Positions 41,073-51,074 of a stretch of DNA of 64,000 bases are shown piece after piece. A model generated the notes under the pieces. The model did not search any database and was not told the origin of the DNA. It worked only from the letters and a program-made list of their open reading frames with translations. Positions within the stretch are counted from its first letter, which is position 1, and each line of letters starts with the position of its first letter. Where the stretch lies: NCBI GenBank assembly GCA_038245905.1, contig JBBRRY010000012.1, forward strand, positions 1-64,000, written 5' to 3'. The translations under genes were made by a program, and so were the position numbers. The DNA is from Thermoanaerobaculia bacterium (GTDB lineage Bacteria > Acidobacteriota > Thermoanaerobaculia > UBA5066).

Positions 41073-43082
41073 GTGAGCCGCGCTTCTTCCGCGCTGCTTT
41101 CTTGCCTCGCGTGGGCGGTCCTCCTCGCGTTCGCGCTGCCGCTTCTCCTGCCTCCCTCCCTGGCCGCCTATCGAACCGCCGTCGCCCTCGTGGCGATCCT
41201 CCTCTTCGGCGCGGCTCTCGCCGCGCCCCGGCCCGCGTTCGTCCTCGCGCTCTCGCTCGCAACACTCGGCGGCGTCTCGGCGCTCGCGTTCGGAGCGCCC
41301 GAGCCGCTGGCCGCGACCTCGCTCGTCCTCCTCGGATACTTCGCCGGCGCGAGCCTCAAGGACCTCTACGATGTCGACCCGCCGAGCCGGCGCCCGCCGC
41401 TTCTCGCTCCGCTGCGCGCCTTCGCCGCAGTCTCCGCGGTCTCCGGCGCTGCCGCGTTCGTGGGGCTCCGAACGAGCTATATGCTCGACCGCGGCCTCGG
41501 CCCGCCGTACGCGGTCAACATTCTCGGCGAGGATGCGAGCCGCGTCCTGCCTGGAATCCTGGGCGTCCTGCTCCCCTTGTTCGTGGCGGCCGGCGTGCAC
41601 CGGATCGCGGCGCGCTTCGTGGCCGAGGGCCGGACGGCCGTCCTCGACCGCGCCCTCCTCGCGAGCGCGCTCCTCGCCGGCGCCGTCGGCCTTCTCCAGA
41701 AGACCGGGGCCATCCCGCTCCTCCGCGCCGAGCGGTGGGCGGAATGGCATCGAGCTCAGAGCACGTTCACCGATCCTTCGGCCGCGGGCGTCGCCGTCGC
41801 GCTGCTCGCGATTCCGGTGCTCGCCCTCGCCGCCACGGGAAGCGTGGCCCGCCGGCTCCTCGCCGTGGCTGCCGGTGCCGCCCTCCTCGTCGTCCTCGCG
41901 GACGCGGGCTCGCGCGCGGGACTCGTCGGCACCGTCACGGCCGCCCTCGTCTTCGTGCTCTGGGGGCTCACGCGCCTCGCGGCCGGCGGGGGAGGCGAGG
42001 CCCGGCGACGCGTCGCCGGAACGATCGGCGCCCTCGCGATCCTCTCGGCACTTCTCTTCGCGGGGGCGCTTTCGTGGCCGAACCGGGGAGCCGTGAGGTC
42101 GGCCCTCCTCGCGCGATTCGAAGCGCCGTTTCTCACGCAGCCGACACCATTCGAGGAGACCCGGGGCCGTCTCCTCCTCTACGAGGGAGCCTGGGAGGCA
42201 TTCCGCACGCACCCCGTCGCAGGTCTCGGTCTCGGTTCGTTCCACATGGTTTTTCCCGATCTCGCCTCGAAGGTGCTCGGCCGCCCCGTCCGCACGACCG
42301 ACCACCCGCCGTCCCTCTACCTCGGCACGCTCGCGGAGTCGGGACTCGCAGGCGCGTCCCTCCTCCTCCTTCTACTCCTCGGCGTGGTCCGCGCGGCGGG
42401 TCGCGCGTTGACGCTCGAGGGCGACGCCCACGACGACGAAACCGTGGCCCGCGCCGCAGCCGCCGCGTCGATCATCGGACTCCTCGTCGTATTCCTGTTC
42501 GGCTCGCACCTCGTCTACACCGAGATCGCCGCTCTCGTCGGCATCCTGACGGCGCGGCTGCCGCTCCGCGAGGACGGCCGCACCGGACGATTTCTCGCCG
42601 CCGTCGTGCCCGTCGTGCTCGCCGGCGCCCTGGTCTGCGCGCTCGGAGGCGTCGCCGCGCAGGCCTGGGAGACCCGCACGGCCGAGGCCGCCTTCCGGTA
42701 CGCGGCGAGCGCCGGCGTCTACGCCGTCGAGTACGAGCCGGAAGGGCGGCCCTTCCGGTGGACCGGTGCGTCCGCGGCCTGGCCCGTCTCCGTGCCCCCT
42801 CGCGCTCCGGGACACCCACCCTTCGTACTCGCTCTTTCGGTGCGCAACAGCCGGCCCGACGGGCGCCCCGCCGCCGCCGACATCTTCTGGGACGACACGC
42901 TGCGAGGCCGCGTCACGCTGCCGCCGGGCGAATGGAAGTGGATCGAGCTCACCGTTTCGCCGCAGGAAAGCGCCATCTTGAGGATCCGTATCGTCCAACC
43001 GTTCCAGCCAACCTCGGGGAACGACCCGCGTCTCCTTGGAATCCAGATCGGGGCGGATCCCGCGCTGATGCCGCCATCCTGA
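41073..43082 (+). CDS. O-antigen ligase (Wzy_C)-family membrane protein, copy 2
   Basis: RAQSTFTDPS, AGSRAG, HPVAGLGLGSF, HPPSLYL..LAESG. C-terminal FRWTG..DPRLLG domain. GTGA overlap. Confidence 0.82.
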   Translation: MSRASSALLSCLAWAVLLAFALPLLLPPSLAAYRTAVALVAILLFGAALAAPRPAFVLALSLATLGGVSALAFGAPEPLAATSLVLLGYFAGASLKDLYDVDPPSRRPPLLAPLRAFAAVSAVSGAAAFVGLRTSYMLDRGLGPPYAVNILGEDASRVLPGILGVLLPLFVAAGVHRIAARFVAEGRTAVLDRALLASALLAGAVGLLQKTGAIPLLRAERWAEWHRAQSTFTDPSAAGVAVALLAIPVLALAATGSVARRLLAVAAGAALLVVLADAGSRAGLVGTVTAALVFVLWGLTRLAAGGGGEARRRVAGTIGALAILSALLFAGALSWPNRGAVRSALLARFEAPFLTQPTPFEETRGRLLLYEGAWEAFRTHPVAGLGLGSFHMVFPDLASKVLGRPVRTTDHPPSLYLGTLAESGLAGASLLLLLLLGVVRAAGRALTLEGDAHDDETVARAAAAASIIGLLVVFLFGSHLVYTEIAALVGILTARLPLREDGRTGRFLAAVVPVVLAGALVCALGGVAAQAWETRTAEAAFRYAASAGVYAVEYEPEGRPFRWTGASAAWPVSVPPRAPGHPPFVLALSVRNSRPDGRPAAADIFWDDTLRGRVTLPPGEWKWIELTVSPQESAILRIRIVQPFQPTSGNDPRLLGIQIGADPALMPPS

Positions 43083-44071
43083 TGAGTCTCTTGCGCGTGC
43101 ACCCGGCCGATCCGGGACGCAAGAGCAGCTCACTCGAGATCGGCCCGCGCGGCGGCGCCGCCCTCGCGGGTCTCCTCCTCGGATGCGGAGCCTTGATCGT
43201 CCTCGGCCTCGCGGGCGCTCCGAGCGTCGTGTCGGACGCCGTGCACGCCGCCGACCGGCGCGCGATCGAGGAGACCGCCCAGCGCGGCGCCGAATCCTTC
43301 GCGTCGGTCGGACGGCGGGCCCTTGCGCTTGGCAATCGGCTCGCCGCGGACGAGCTCTTTCTCGCCCGCGTCGGCGCCATCCTCGAGATCCCGCCGCCCG
43401 AGCACTTTCCCGGCGACCCGCGGGCGGCCGCGCCGCCGACCCCGGCGGCGATGGAAGCGGAGGCCGCGGATCTCGCTCGCCGCGCCCGTCTCTTCGAGCT
43501 CTTCCGGCGGAGGCTCGCCGCGCTGCCGGCCGCTCTGCCGGCCGGGTTCGACCCTGTCTTCGTGCCGTCCCGGTCGCCCGTCGAGCCTTCGTCATCAGTT
43601 CCGATCGAACTCTTCGGCTGGCACGCCTCCGAGGTCACGCGCCGCGACGAATTCTGCTCGGGGCTCACGCTCGCCGCCCCCGCTGGAACGCTCGTGACGG
43701 CGCCGGCGGCAGGAGTCGTCGTGTTCTCGGGCCCCGTGTCCCGCCGCGCGGACGCCGCCTGGCGGCGCCTCGGGACGATCGTCGTCGTGTCCCACGACGC
43801 CCGCACGCGCACCGTCTACGGCCATCTCTCTCCGGCTCTCGTGAAGAAGGGCCAGCGTTTGTCCCGTGGCGCTCCGATCGGCCGCGTCGGCACGAGCGGC
43901 TTTGCCGCGACCCCCCGCCTTCACTACGAAGTGCACCGGCTCGTGAACGACCGCTGGGTCCCCCGCGATCCCCGGATCTTCGTGCTCGACGTGGACTGGA
44001 TCGGGGCGGCCGGATTCCGGGCCGGCCCGACGCCTCCGGAGCTTCCGGACCTGCCCACCGAACGCCGCTGA
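43082..44071 (+). CDS. M23-family peptidase-like protein
   Basis: N-terminal TM, GTLVTAPAAGVVVFSG, TVYGHLS, IGRVGTSG..PRLHYEV. The HxxxD and HxH ligands look degenerate (FCSGLT, RLH). Confidence 0.85.
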   Translation: MSLLRVHPADPGRKSSSLEIGPRGGAALAGLLLGCGALIVLGLAGAPSVVSDAVHAADRRAIEETAQRGAESFASVGRRALALGNRLAADELFLARVGAILEIPPPEHFPGDPRAAAPPTPAAMEAEAADLARRARLFELFRRRLAALPAALPAGFDPVFVPSRSPVEPSSSVPIELFGWHASEVTRRDEFCSGLTLAAPAGTLVTAPAAGVVVFSGPVSRRADAAWRRLGTIVVVSHDARTRTVYGHLSPALVKKGQRLSRGAPIGRVGTSGFAATPRLHYEVHRLVNDRWVPRDPRIFVLDVDWIGAAGFRAGPTPPELPDLPTERR

Positions 44072-44072
44072 C

Positions 44073-45353
44073 TCAGGTCGTCGACGGCGGCAAGCTCGTG
44101 ACCTGCGGCGGCGTCCAATGTTGGATCAACGTGACGACAGCACCCGCCGCGAAGGCGATGAGCAACGGATCGGTAAAGGGTATCCGGAACCGCATTACGA
44201 CTTGATAAGGCACGTGCGCCAGCCAGACACCCGCGAAAAGCGCGATGACCCAACCGGTAACGAACGGATCCCGTTTTCGATTGAGCGCGAGACCGATCGA
44301 TCCGAGGCCGAAAAGCGCCAGGTTCAGGATCCCACTCAGCGCAACGACCCCGGCCGGGTATTCCTGCGGATTGAGTCACGGGGACCAGAACCTGCCTGAC
44401 CTCCTCACAGCGAAAGCAAAGGCCGCGCGTGGATTCCGCCTTACGTTCTCGAGGCCCGCTGCAAACCAGGCCCGGCTTCTCTCCCGCGGTCCACTGGCGA
44501 CGGCCTCGATCTTCCGGGCGGCAGCCGCTGTCACGTTCGTCTCGAACGCCAGCGCCGCGTCTCGGTACTCGGCAGGATCCTTTATCTGCGAGATCCGATC
44601 CATCTCCGGGTGAGAACCCCGCCAGAAGTTGATCCCGGCGGCGTCATTCACGACGATCAACTCACGGTATCGAATCGCGTTACGCAGAACCCAGGGCAGT
44701 AACGTCGCAACCGCTCCGGCGACCATGGCAAACGCCAGAAACCATCGGCGCCTTCGCGGTCCACCCATAAACGGGAGCGCCATCGTCGCAATCATCAGTG
44801 CAACCAGCCCCGCTGGGCGTGCGAGGGCGCTCAGCCCAAACCCGACGCCAGCGAGCAACGACCGCGCTCCGCGACCGGTACGCACTGTTCCAAGAAAGAG
44901 CCAGACCCCACACGTCAGGAAAAGCATCGAGAGCGGCTCTGTCCTGACGTCACAGACACCCGCGATGAAGAACGGATTAACAGCCGCCAGGAGTGCGGCG
45001 AATACCGCCGTTCTCTGCGACGCAAATAGCAGCCACGCGATCTCTCCAACCAGTAGCGCCGTGATCGAGTCGCACAACGCAAGCGCCACCTTTACTGTCG
45101 CGGTACTTTCGGGATGGCAGAGCGTAGACGCCGCAATGAAGAATGGGAGGAGGGGGGCCCGGAAGAACGGAAGGTTCCCACGATCCGGATAAGCCCGTTC
45201 CTCGCAGATGCAACGGGCCGTCTCCAAATAGTCTCGTGCATCGCCAAACCTAACGACATTGGGGCCAGTCCAGCAGATGGCCGCCAGCCTCAGGGCGAAG
45301 GCGACCGCGAGAATCGCCCACCGACGGCGAGAATCAGGGCCGGGCCGGGTCAC
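44073..45353 (-). pseudogene. GT-C (ArnT/PMT-like, GT39-type) membrane glycosyltransferase interrupted by an in-frame TGA
   Basis: GDARDY, FRAPLLPFF, RTEPL, ALARP, PWVLRN..N..RG. TGA at 44378-44376 (FWSP*LNPQEY), then about 100 more open codons with TM helices and MRFRIPFTDP up to TGA at 44075-44073. Start approximate. Confidence 0.75.
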
Positions 45354-45405
45354 CGGCGTCCCATGGAAGTCGGACGCATTTTCTTCGAACGAGAATAGCA
45401 GCGGC

Positions 45406-46545
45406 CTAGAGTTTCCCGAGGAGCGCGAGCACCCGCTCCGCCTCCCCCTCGTCGTTCCCGACGTGGGGCGAGAAACGCAGAAAGCCTTCGCGCGCCGAGA
45501 CGACGACGTTCTCGTCCGCGAGGCGCTTCTGGAAATAGCGCGCGTCCTTGCCCGCGGGCGGGCGCGCCGCGAGGATGCCCGAACGCGGCGGACCGCCGAA
45601 AAGGACCGGCGCGAAGCCGAGGCGCGGGAGGCCGTCCACGAGGACCGCGAGCGTCCGTGCGATGCGCGCCTCGATCTCCGGGAACCCGAACTCGAGAAGG
45701 AGCGAGAGCGACGCCGCCAGCGCGTAGAGAGCAGGCGTCGGAAGAGCGCCGGGCTCGAACCGGGCTCCGTCGAAGCGGTACACGGGCTTCGGTGGGACAC
45801 GGTAGTCCGCCCCGTGCGCGCGCTCGAGATTCATCCAGCCCGGCGGAGGCGTCAGGTGCGCGCGAAGCTCCGGCGTCGTGAAGAGAATCCCGCAGCCCTC
45901 GGGTCCGAGCATCCACTTGTGGCCGTCCGCCGACAGGAAGTCGACGTTCCAATTCGAAACGTTCACGCGCTGGGCGCCCACGCCCTGAATGGCGTCGAGA
46001 CCGAAAAGGATTCCGCGCGAGCGGCAGAAGGCCCCGAGCGCTTCGACCGGAGCGCGAAAGCCCGTGTGGAACGCGACGAGGGAGACCGACACGACCCGCG
46101 TCGTGCCGTCGCAGGCGGCGGCGATGTCGTCCTCCGTGAACGCTCCGTCCCGGGTTGGCACGCGCCGCACGGACACCCCCTTCTTCTCGAGCGCGACCCA
46201 CGGCGTGAGGTTCGCGGGAAATTCGGAGGCCGTCGTGACGATGGAATCCCCCGGCAAAAGGTCGAGTCCCTGCGCGACGATGTCGAGACCCCACGTGGTG
46301 TTCGGCACGATCGAGATCGAGGCGGCGCCCCCGACGGAATCGTCGGCGCCGATCAGCCGCGCCGCGAGTGAGCGGACCTCGTCGGCCTTCCGGGGCCAGT
46401 CCTTCCAGTCGAGCCCGCCCCGAAGAGTGAGATTCGACGAATAGGCAGAGAGCGCCGCGGCGGCCCGCGCGGGTAGCGGGCACACCGCGGCATGGTTGAA
46501 TTGAATAGAGGATTTCTTTGAAGGGAATTCGAGAAGGAAGTCCAC
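45406..46545 (-). CDS. Class V PLP-dependent aminotransferase (cysteine desulfurase/selenocysteine lyase-like)
   Basis: FNHAAVCP, PNTTWGL, EFPAN..PW, DAIQGVG, ADGHKWMLGPEG, RFEPG, LRFSPH..N. Confidence 0.88.
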   Translation of the reverse strand: MDFLLEFPSKKSSIQFNHAAVCPLPARAAAALSAYSSNLTLRGGLDWKDWPRKADEVRSLAARLIGADDSVGGAASISIVPNTTWGLDIVAQGLDLLPGDSIVTTASEFPANLTPWVALEKKGVSVRRVPTRDGAFTEDDIAAACDGTTRVVSVSLVAFHTGFRAPVEALGAFCRSRGILFGLDAIQGVGAQRVNVSNWNVDFLSADGHKWMLGPEGCGILFTTPELRAHLTPPPGWMNLERAHGADYRVPPKPVYRFDGARFEPGALPTPALYALAASLSLLLEFGFPEIEARIARTLAVLVDGLPRLGFAPVLFGGPPRSGILAARPPAGKDARYFQKRLADENVVVSAREGFLRFSPHVGNDEGEAERVLALLGKL

Positions 46546-46594
46546 GTGAGGCCCTCTTAACCTTCTAAGAAAATCTTCGGTGCTCTTCCGACGT

Positions 46595-47767
46595 TCAAAA
46601 AGCCTTCTGTGCCTGGATGAACCCGTCGAAGTTCCTCTTCACTTCTTCCATCGAGTCTCCGCCCGTTTTCTCGAGGAGCGCGTCCGCGAGGACGAACGCG
46701 AGCATGGCCTCGGCGATGACCCCGCATGCCGGGACGGCCGTCACGTCTGAGCGCTCGTAGGACGCGCGCTGCGGCTGCTTCGTGTCGATGTCCACAGACG
46801 GGAGGCCGTCCCGGAGCGTCGAGATCGGCTTCTGGTAGATCGTGGCGAGCACGTCTTCGCCGTTCGTGATCCCTCCCTCGAGGCCGCCCGCGCGATTCGA
46901 CGCGCGCGAGAATCCGCGCTTCGTCTCCCAGAGGATGGCATCGTGCGCGAGAGAACCGCGCCGGAACGCGTTCGCGACTCCCTCCCCGAGCGACACGGCC
47001 TTCACGGACGGGATCGACATCAGGGCGCGGGCGATCCGCCCGTCGAGCTTGTCCTCCCACGAAACGTGCGAGCCGAGGCCTGTCGGCACGCCCCGCGCAC
47101 CCACGAGAATCGTCCCGCCCAGCGTGTCGCCCGCTTTCGCCGCCGCGTCGACGGCATCCTTCATGGCCGTCTCGACGCTCCGGTCGACGAGACGAAACGG
47201 CGACGCTTCGTCGACCTTCTCGAGGTCCAGGAATCCATGCGGCCCGCTCGGCACCGCGACCTCGCCGATCGAAAGGACGCCGCTCCGGACGCGCAGGGAG
47301 AATGCGAGCAGCAGCTGCCGGCAGAGCGCGCCGGCCGCGACGCGCGCCGCGGATTCGCGCGCGCTCGCGCGCTCGAGGATGTCGCGCAGGTCGCGGCGGC
47401 CGTACTTCAGTCCGCCGGCGAGATCCGCGTGGCCGGGCCGCGGCGACGCGAGCCGGCGCTTGGCCGCGGCCTCGGGCTCGACCTCCAGGGCACCCATGAC
47501 CTTCTCCCAGACTCCATGGTCGCGGTTCGCGATCTCGAAGGAAATCGGCCCGCCCAAGGTCTCCCCGCCGCGGAGACCCCCGGTGAAGCGCGCCTCGTCC
47601 TTCTCGATCTTCATGCGGCCGCCGCGTCCGTAGCCGTGCTGCCGCCGTGAGAGGTCGGCGTTCACCGCGGCGACATCGATCTTCAGACCGGCCGGCAGCC
47701 CGGTGACGAGGCCCGTCAGGAGCGGGCCGTGGGACTCGCCGGCGGTCTGGAGCGTGAGGCGCGGCAT
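46595..47767 (-). CDS. aroC: Chorismate synthase
   Basis: TAGESHG, RRQHGYGRGGRM, RPGHADL, ERASARE, NRAGGLEGG, ERSDV.AVP. Confidence 0.97.
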   Translation of the reverse strand: MPRLTLQTAGESHGPLLTGLVTGLPAGLKIDVAAVNADLSRRQHGYGRGGRMKIEKDEARFTGGLRGGETLGGPISFEIANRDHGVWEKVMGALEVEPEAAAKRRLASPRPGHADLAGGLKYGRRDLRDILERASARESAARVAAGALCRQLLLAFSLRVRSGVLSIGEVAVPSGPHGFLDLEKVDEASPFRLVDRSVETAMKDAVDAAAKAGDTLGGTILVGARGVPTGLGSHVSWEDKLDGRIARALMSIPSVKAVSLGEGVANAFRRGSLAHDAILWETKRGFSRASNRAGGLEGGITNGEDVLATIYQKPISTLRDGLPSVDIDTKQPQRASYERSDVTAVPACGVIAEAMLAFVLADALLEKTGGDSMEEVKRNFDGFIQAQKAF

Positions 47768-47826
47768 GCGGGCGAAGTGTAGCGTCTCGAGGCCGGGACC
47801 CGCCCTCTTCCGTACACTCCACCCTG

Positions 47827-48543
47827 ATGATCGAAGTCGAAGGCCTCGTCAAGGCGTACGAGAACGTCACGGCCGTGGACGGCCTGAGTTTCCATGTCGC
47901 GCGGGGAGAGGTCCTCGGACTCGTGGGCCCTAACGGTGCCGGGAAGACGACGACGCTGCGCTGCCTAGCGGGAATCCTGCCGCCGAACGCGGGCACGATC
48001 CGTCTCGCCGGGTTCGACCTCGTCACGCAGCCCGTGGAGTCGCGGCGGCGTCTCGCGTTCATGCCGGACGAGCCCCGCCTCTTCGAGTACCTGACCGTCG
48101 AGGACCACCTCGCCTTTACCGCGCGGATGTACGGAGTGGCGGACGCGGAGGCGCGTGCGCGCGTCCTCCTCGACGAGCTGGAGCTGGCGGGCAAGGAGCG
48201 CGCGCTGCCGGCCGAGCTCTCGAGGGGAATGAAACAGAAGCTCGTCGTGGCGTGCGGCCTGCTTCACGATCCCGAAGTCCTCGTCTTCGACGAGCCTCTC
48301 ACGGGCATCGACCCGGGCGGTATCCGGAAGATGAAACAGACGATCGTCCGCCGTGCGGCCGCGGGCGCCGCCGTCATCTTGTCGTCGCATCTGCTGCCGC
48401 TCGTCGAGGAGATCTGCGGGCGCGTCCTCGTCCTCTCGCGCGGGAGGGCCGTACTCGTCGGTACGCTCGACGAGATCCGCGCGGGCGCTGGCGGGGACGC
48501 CTCGCTCGAGGAAATCTTCCTGCGCGTCACGGGCGGCGCGTGA
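47827..48543 (+). CDS. ABC transporter ATP-binding protein
   Basis: GPNGAGKTT, LSRGMKQK, FDEPLTGID, SSH. Confidence 0.95.
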   Translation: MIEVEGLVKAYENVTAVDGLSFHVARGEVLGLVGPNGAGKTTTLRCLAGILPPNAGTIRLAGFDLVTQPVESRRRLAFMPDEPRLFEYLTVEDHLAFTARMYGVADAEARARVLLDELELAGKERALPAELSRGMKQKLVVACGLLHDPEVLVFDEPLTGIDPGGIRKMKQTIVRRAAAGAAVILSSHLLPLVEEICGRVLVLSRGRAVLVGTLDEIRAGAGGDASLEEIFLRVTGGA

Positions 48544-50360
48544 CCGCACCCTCCGCGCCTCTTCCCCTCGCGCTCTTCGCCGCCGGGCGGATGCTCCGGA
48601 ACGCCTCGCGAAGAAAGCTCGGGCGTCTGCGCGAGCCGCGGTACATGATCGGATTCCTCCTCGGAGCCGCTTATTTCGCGATGATCTTCACGAGGCCGGG
48701 GAGCCGGACTGGACGCGCGCCCGCGACCCTCGGGTTGCCCGCCCAATGGGGCGACATCCTTCTCCTGGCCGGAGCGGCCGCGCTGGCGGTCGTCACGCTC
48801 CTGTTCTGGCTCTTCCGCAAAGGCCAGCCGTCGCTCGGGCTCTCGGAGGCCGAGATCCAGTTCCTCTTCCCAGCCCCGGTTTCACGTCGCGCACTCCTTC
48901 ACTACGCCCTCCTGAAGGCGCAGCTCCCCGTGCTCTTCAGCGCGCTGATCATCACCGTCGTGTCGGGCCGCCGTGGGGGCGGCACGGCAATTTTGACGGG
49001 CGCCGGTCTCTGGCTGCTCCTGACCGCGACCCACTTCCACAACCTCGCCCTCGCGTTCACGAAGGCGCGCTGGGACGAGCTTTCGAAAACGGCGGGCCGC
49101 GCGAGCAAGGCCGCCGCATTCGTCGCCACCGTCGGCACGCTCGCCATGCTCCTCGTGAGCATCGGGGCAGGCATCCTCGCGGCAGCGTCCGGTCTCAAAA
49201 GCGGTTCGGCCGCGTCCCTCGGCGAGTTCGCCTTCGCGCTCCAAAACGGGCCCTTCGGCGCTCTTCCGTTCGCGGTCCTCGCACCGTTCCGCTGGATCCT
49301 CGCCCCGCTTCTCGCGCCAGACATGCCGGCGTTCGGACGTGCGCTCCCTCCGGCGCTCTCACTCATCGCGATCCTCTATGCCTGGGTCGCACGGATCGCG
49401 GTCCGCTTCGAAGAGGCGACCCTCGCGCAGGCCGGCAGGCGCGCGACCCTGCGTGCCCGCCGCGCGGCGGGCCGCATCGAGGCGGTGGTGTCCGAGAAGC
49501 ATCGCGGCCACATGCCGTTCGCCCTCGCGCCGCGGGGCCGGTCCGAGCTCGCCATCGTGTGGAAGAACCTCCTCGCCTGGAAACGCACGAGCCTCGCCCG
49601 CCAGGCCGTCGTCGTGGGCTTTATGGCCGCCGCGTTCTTCGCGGCGTCCTCCTTTTTGAAGGCGCCCTCCGCCGACGCCGCAGCAGCGATGGGAAGCATG
49701 ACGTGCCTCGGATTGACCGCGCTCCTCGCCCTCGTCACGCCGCTTGGCTTACGGATCGACTTGCGCGGCGATCTCGAGTACGCCGCGGTACTCAAGACCT
49801 GGCCGCTCCCGGCCGAGCGTCTCGTCCTCGCCGAGCTCGGTGCGCCCGCCCTCGTCGCCGTTCTCTATAGCTGGGGAGGGATCGCGATCGCCCTCGCGAT
49901 CGCGTCGGGTCGTGCGGCACGGGCGGCGCTTTTGGGAACGGCCGTCACGGTGCCATGGGTCTCCTTCCAGCGGTTCGACGTAGTCGTGCCCGTCGCACTG
50001 ACGTTGGCCGTCTTCGTGCCCAGCCTCGTCGCGCTCGCACTCGTGGTCCAGAACGCGTCCGTCCTCGCCTTCCCCGCCTGGTTTCCCGCGGGCCGCAAGC
50101 GCGCCGTCGGTCTCGAGCAGTCGGGCCTCCGCATGCTGTCGTTCCTCGGCACGTCTCTCGTTCTCGCCCTCGCTCTCGTCCCGGCGGCCCTCCTCGCCGG
50201 ACCGCTGATCTTCTTCACGTTCTCATCCCTCGGCTTTTGGTCCCTGCCCATCGCCGCTGTTCTCGCCGCCCTGCCGGTCCTCGCCGAAGCGGCGGGAGGC
50301 GTGTTCCTCCTCGCCCGGCTGTTCGAGCGATTCAATCCGGCCCGGGACCTCAGTTCGTGA
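48540..50360 (+). CDS. Putative ABC exporter permease
   Basis: GTGA overlap with the ATPase gene, about 12 TM helices, SEAEIQFLFPAP and LKTWP motifs. Confidence 0.8.
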   Translation: MTAPSAPLPLALFAAGRMLRNASRRKLGRLREPRYMIGFLLGAAYFAMIFTRPGSRTGRAPATLGLPAQWGDILLLAGAAALAVVTLLFWLFRKGQPSLGLSEAEIQFLFPAPVSRRALLHYALLKAQLPVLFSALIITVVSGRRGGGTAILTGAGLWLLLTATHFHNLALAFTKARWDELSKTAGRASKAAAFVATVGTLAMLLVSIGAGILAAASGLKSGSAASLGEFAFALQNGPFGALPFAVLAPFRWILAPLLAPDMPAFGRALPPALSLIAILYAWVARIAVRFEEATLAQAGRRATLRARRAAGRIEAVVSEKHRGHMPFALAPRGRSELAIVWKNLLAWKRTSLARQAVVVGFMAAAFFAASSFLKAPSADAAAAMGSMTCLGLTALLALVTPLGLRIDLRGDLEYAAVLKTWPLPAERLVLAELGAPALVAVLYSWGGIAIALAIASGRAARAALLGTAVTVPWVSFQRFDVVVPVALTLAVFVPSLVALALVVQNASVLAFPAWFPAGRKRAVGLEQSGLRMLSFLGTSLVLALALVPAALLAGPLIFFTFSSLGFWSLPIAAVLAALPVLAEAAGGVFLLARLFERFNPARDLSS

Positions 50361-50389
50361 AAGCCCGTTTTCTGACAGAATGCGGCCCT

Positions 50390-51052
50390 ATGCCGAGCCC
50401 CCTCTCCTTGCCCGTGCGCGACGCCCTCGAGCTCATCGCCGAATCGAAGGCTCCCGCGTACGGGATGGATCGCCACGACCGGATCGTCTACTGGAACGAA
50501 GGAGCCGAGAAGGCCCTCGGCTGGTCGCCCGAGGACGTCCTCGGAAAAATGTGTTTCGACGTCCTTGCCGGGCGCGACGTCTTCGGCAACCTCTACTGCA
50601 CGAGGGAGTGCCCCGTCGTCGTTTCCGCCATCGCGGGCGACGACGTGCGGCCTTACCTTCTCGACGTGAAGAAGAAGGGGTCCGCCTCCGTGAAGCTCAT
50701 CGTCCGCGCCGTGCCGCTGCCCGCGCCGGGACCCTCGTTCGCGGTTCTCATGCACTTTCTCGAGAGCGAGGGGCCCGCTCTCGACAATCTCATCTCCGCG
50801 CTGCGCTCGGCCGTGCGCCTGCCGGACGGCCTCCCTCCCGTCGATCCTCCAATTTCCGTTTCCCCCCTCAGCGGCCGCGAGAGGGAGATCGTGATGCTGC
50901 TCTCGAACGGCTATGCGGCGCTCAACATCGCGGCAAAGCTGAACCTCTCCCACGCGACGGTGAGGAACCACATCCAGAACGTCCTTCGGAAGCTCGAGGT
51001 ACACAGCCAGGTCGAGGCCGTGTCGCTCGCGTTCCGGCGCGGCTGGATCTGA
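50390..51052 (+). CDS. PAS + LuxR-HTH transcriptional regulator
   Basis: PAS IVYWNEGAEKALGW..VLGKMC and HTH LSGREREIV..IAAKLNLSHATVRNHIQNVLRKL. Confidence 0.9.
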   Translation: MPSPLSLPVRDALELIAESKAPAYGMDRHDRIVYWNEGAEKALGWSPEDVLGKMCFDVLAGRDVFGNLYCTRECPVVVSAIAGDDVRPYLLDVKKKGSASVKLIVRAVPLPAPGPSFAVLMHFLESEGPALDNLISALRSAVRLPDGLPPVDPPISVSPLSGREREIVMLLSNGYAALNIAAKLNLSHATVRNHIQNVLRKLEVHSQVEAVSLAFRRGWI

Positions 51053-51074
51053 CCTCCGGACCCGGTCGTTTCCC

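Noticed and set aside
44340-44378. Selenocysteine or genetic-code reassignment explanation for the in-frame TGA
   Set aside because: The context suggests Trp rather than a catalytic Cys, the downstream hairpin (CCCGGCCGGG) is too small to call a SECIS, and TGA is the normal stop for many genes in the window.
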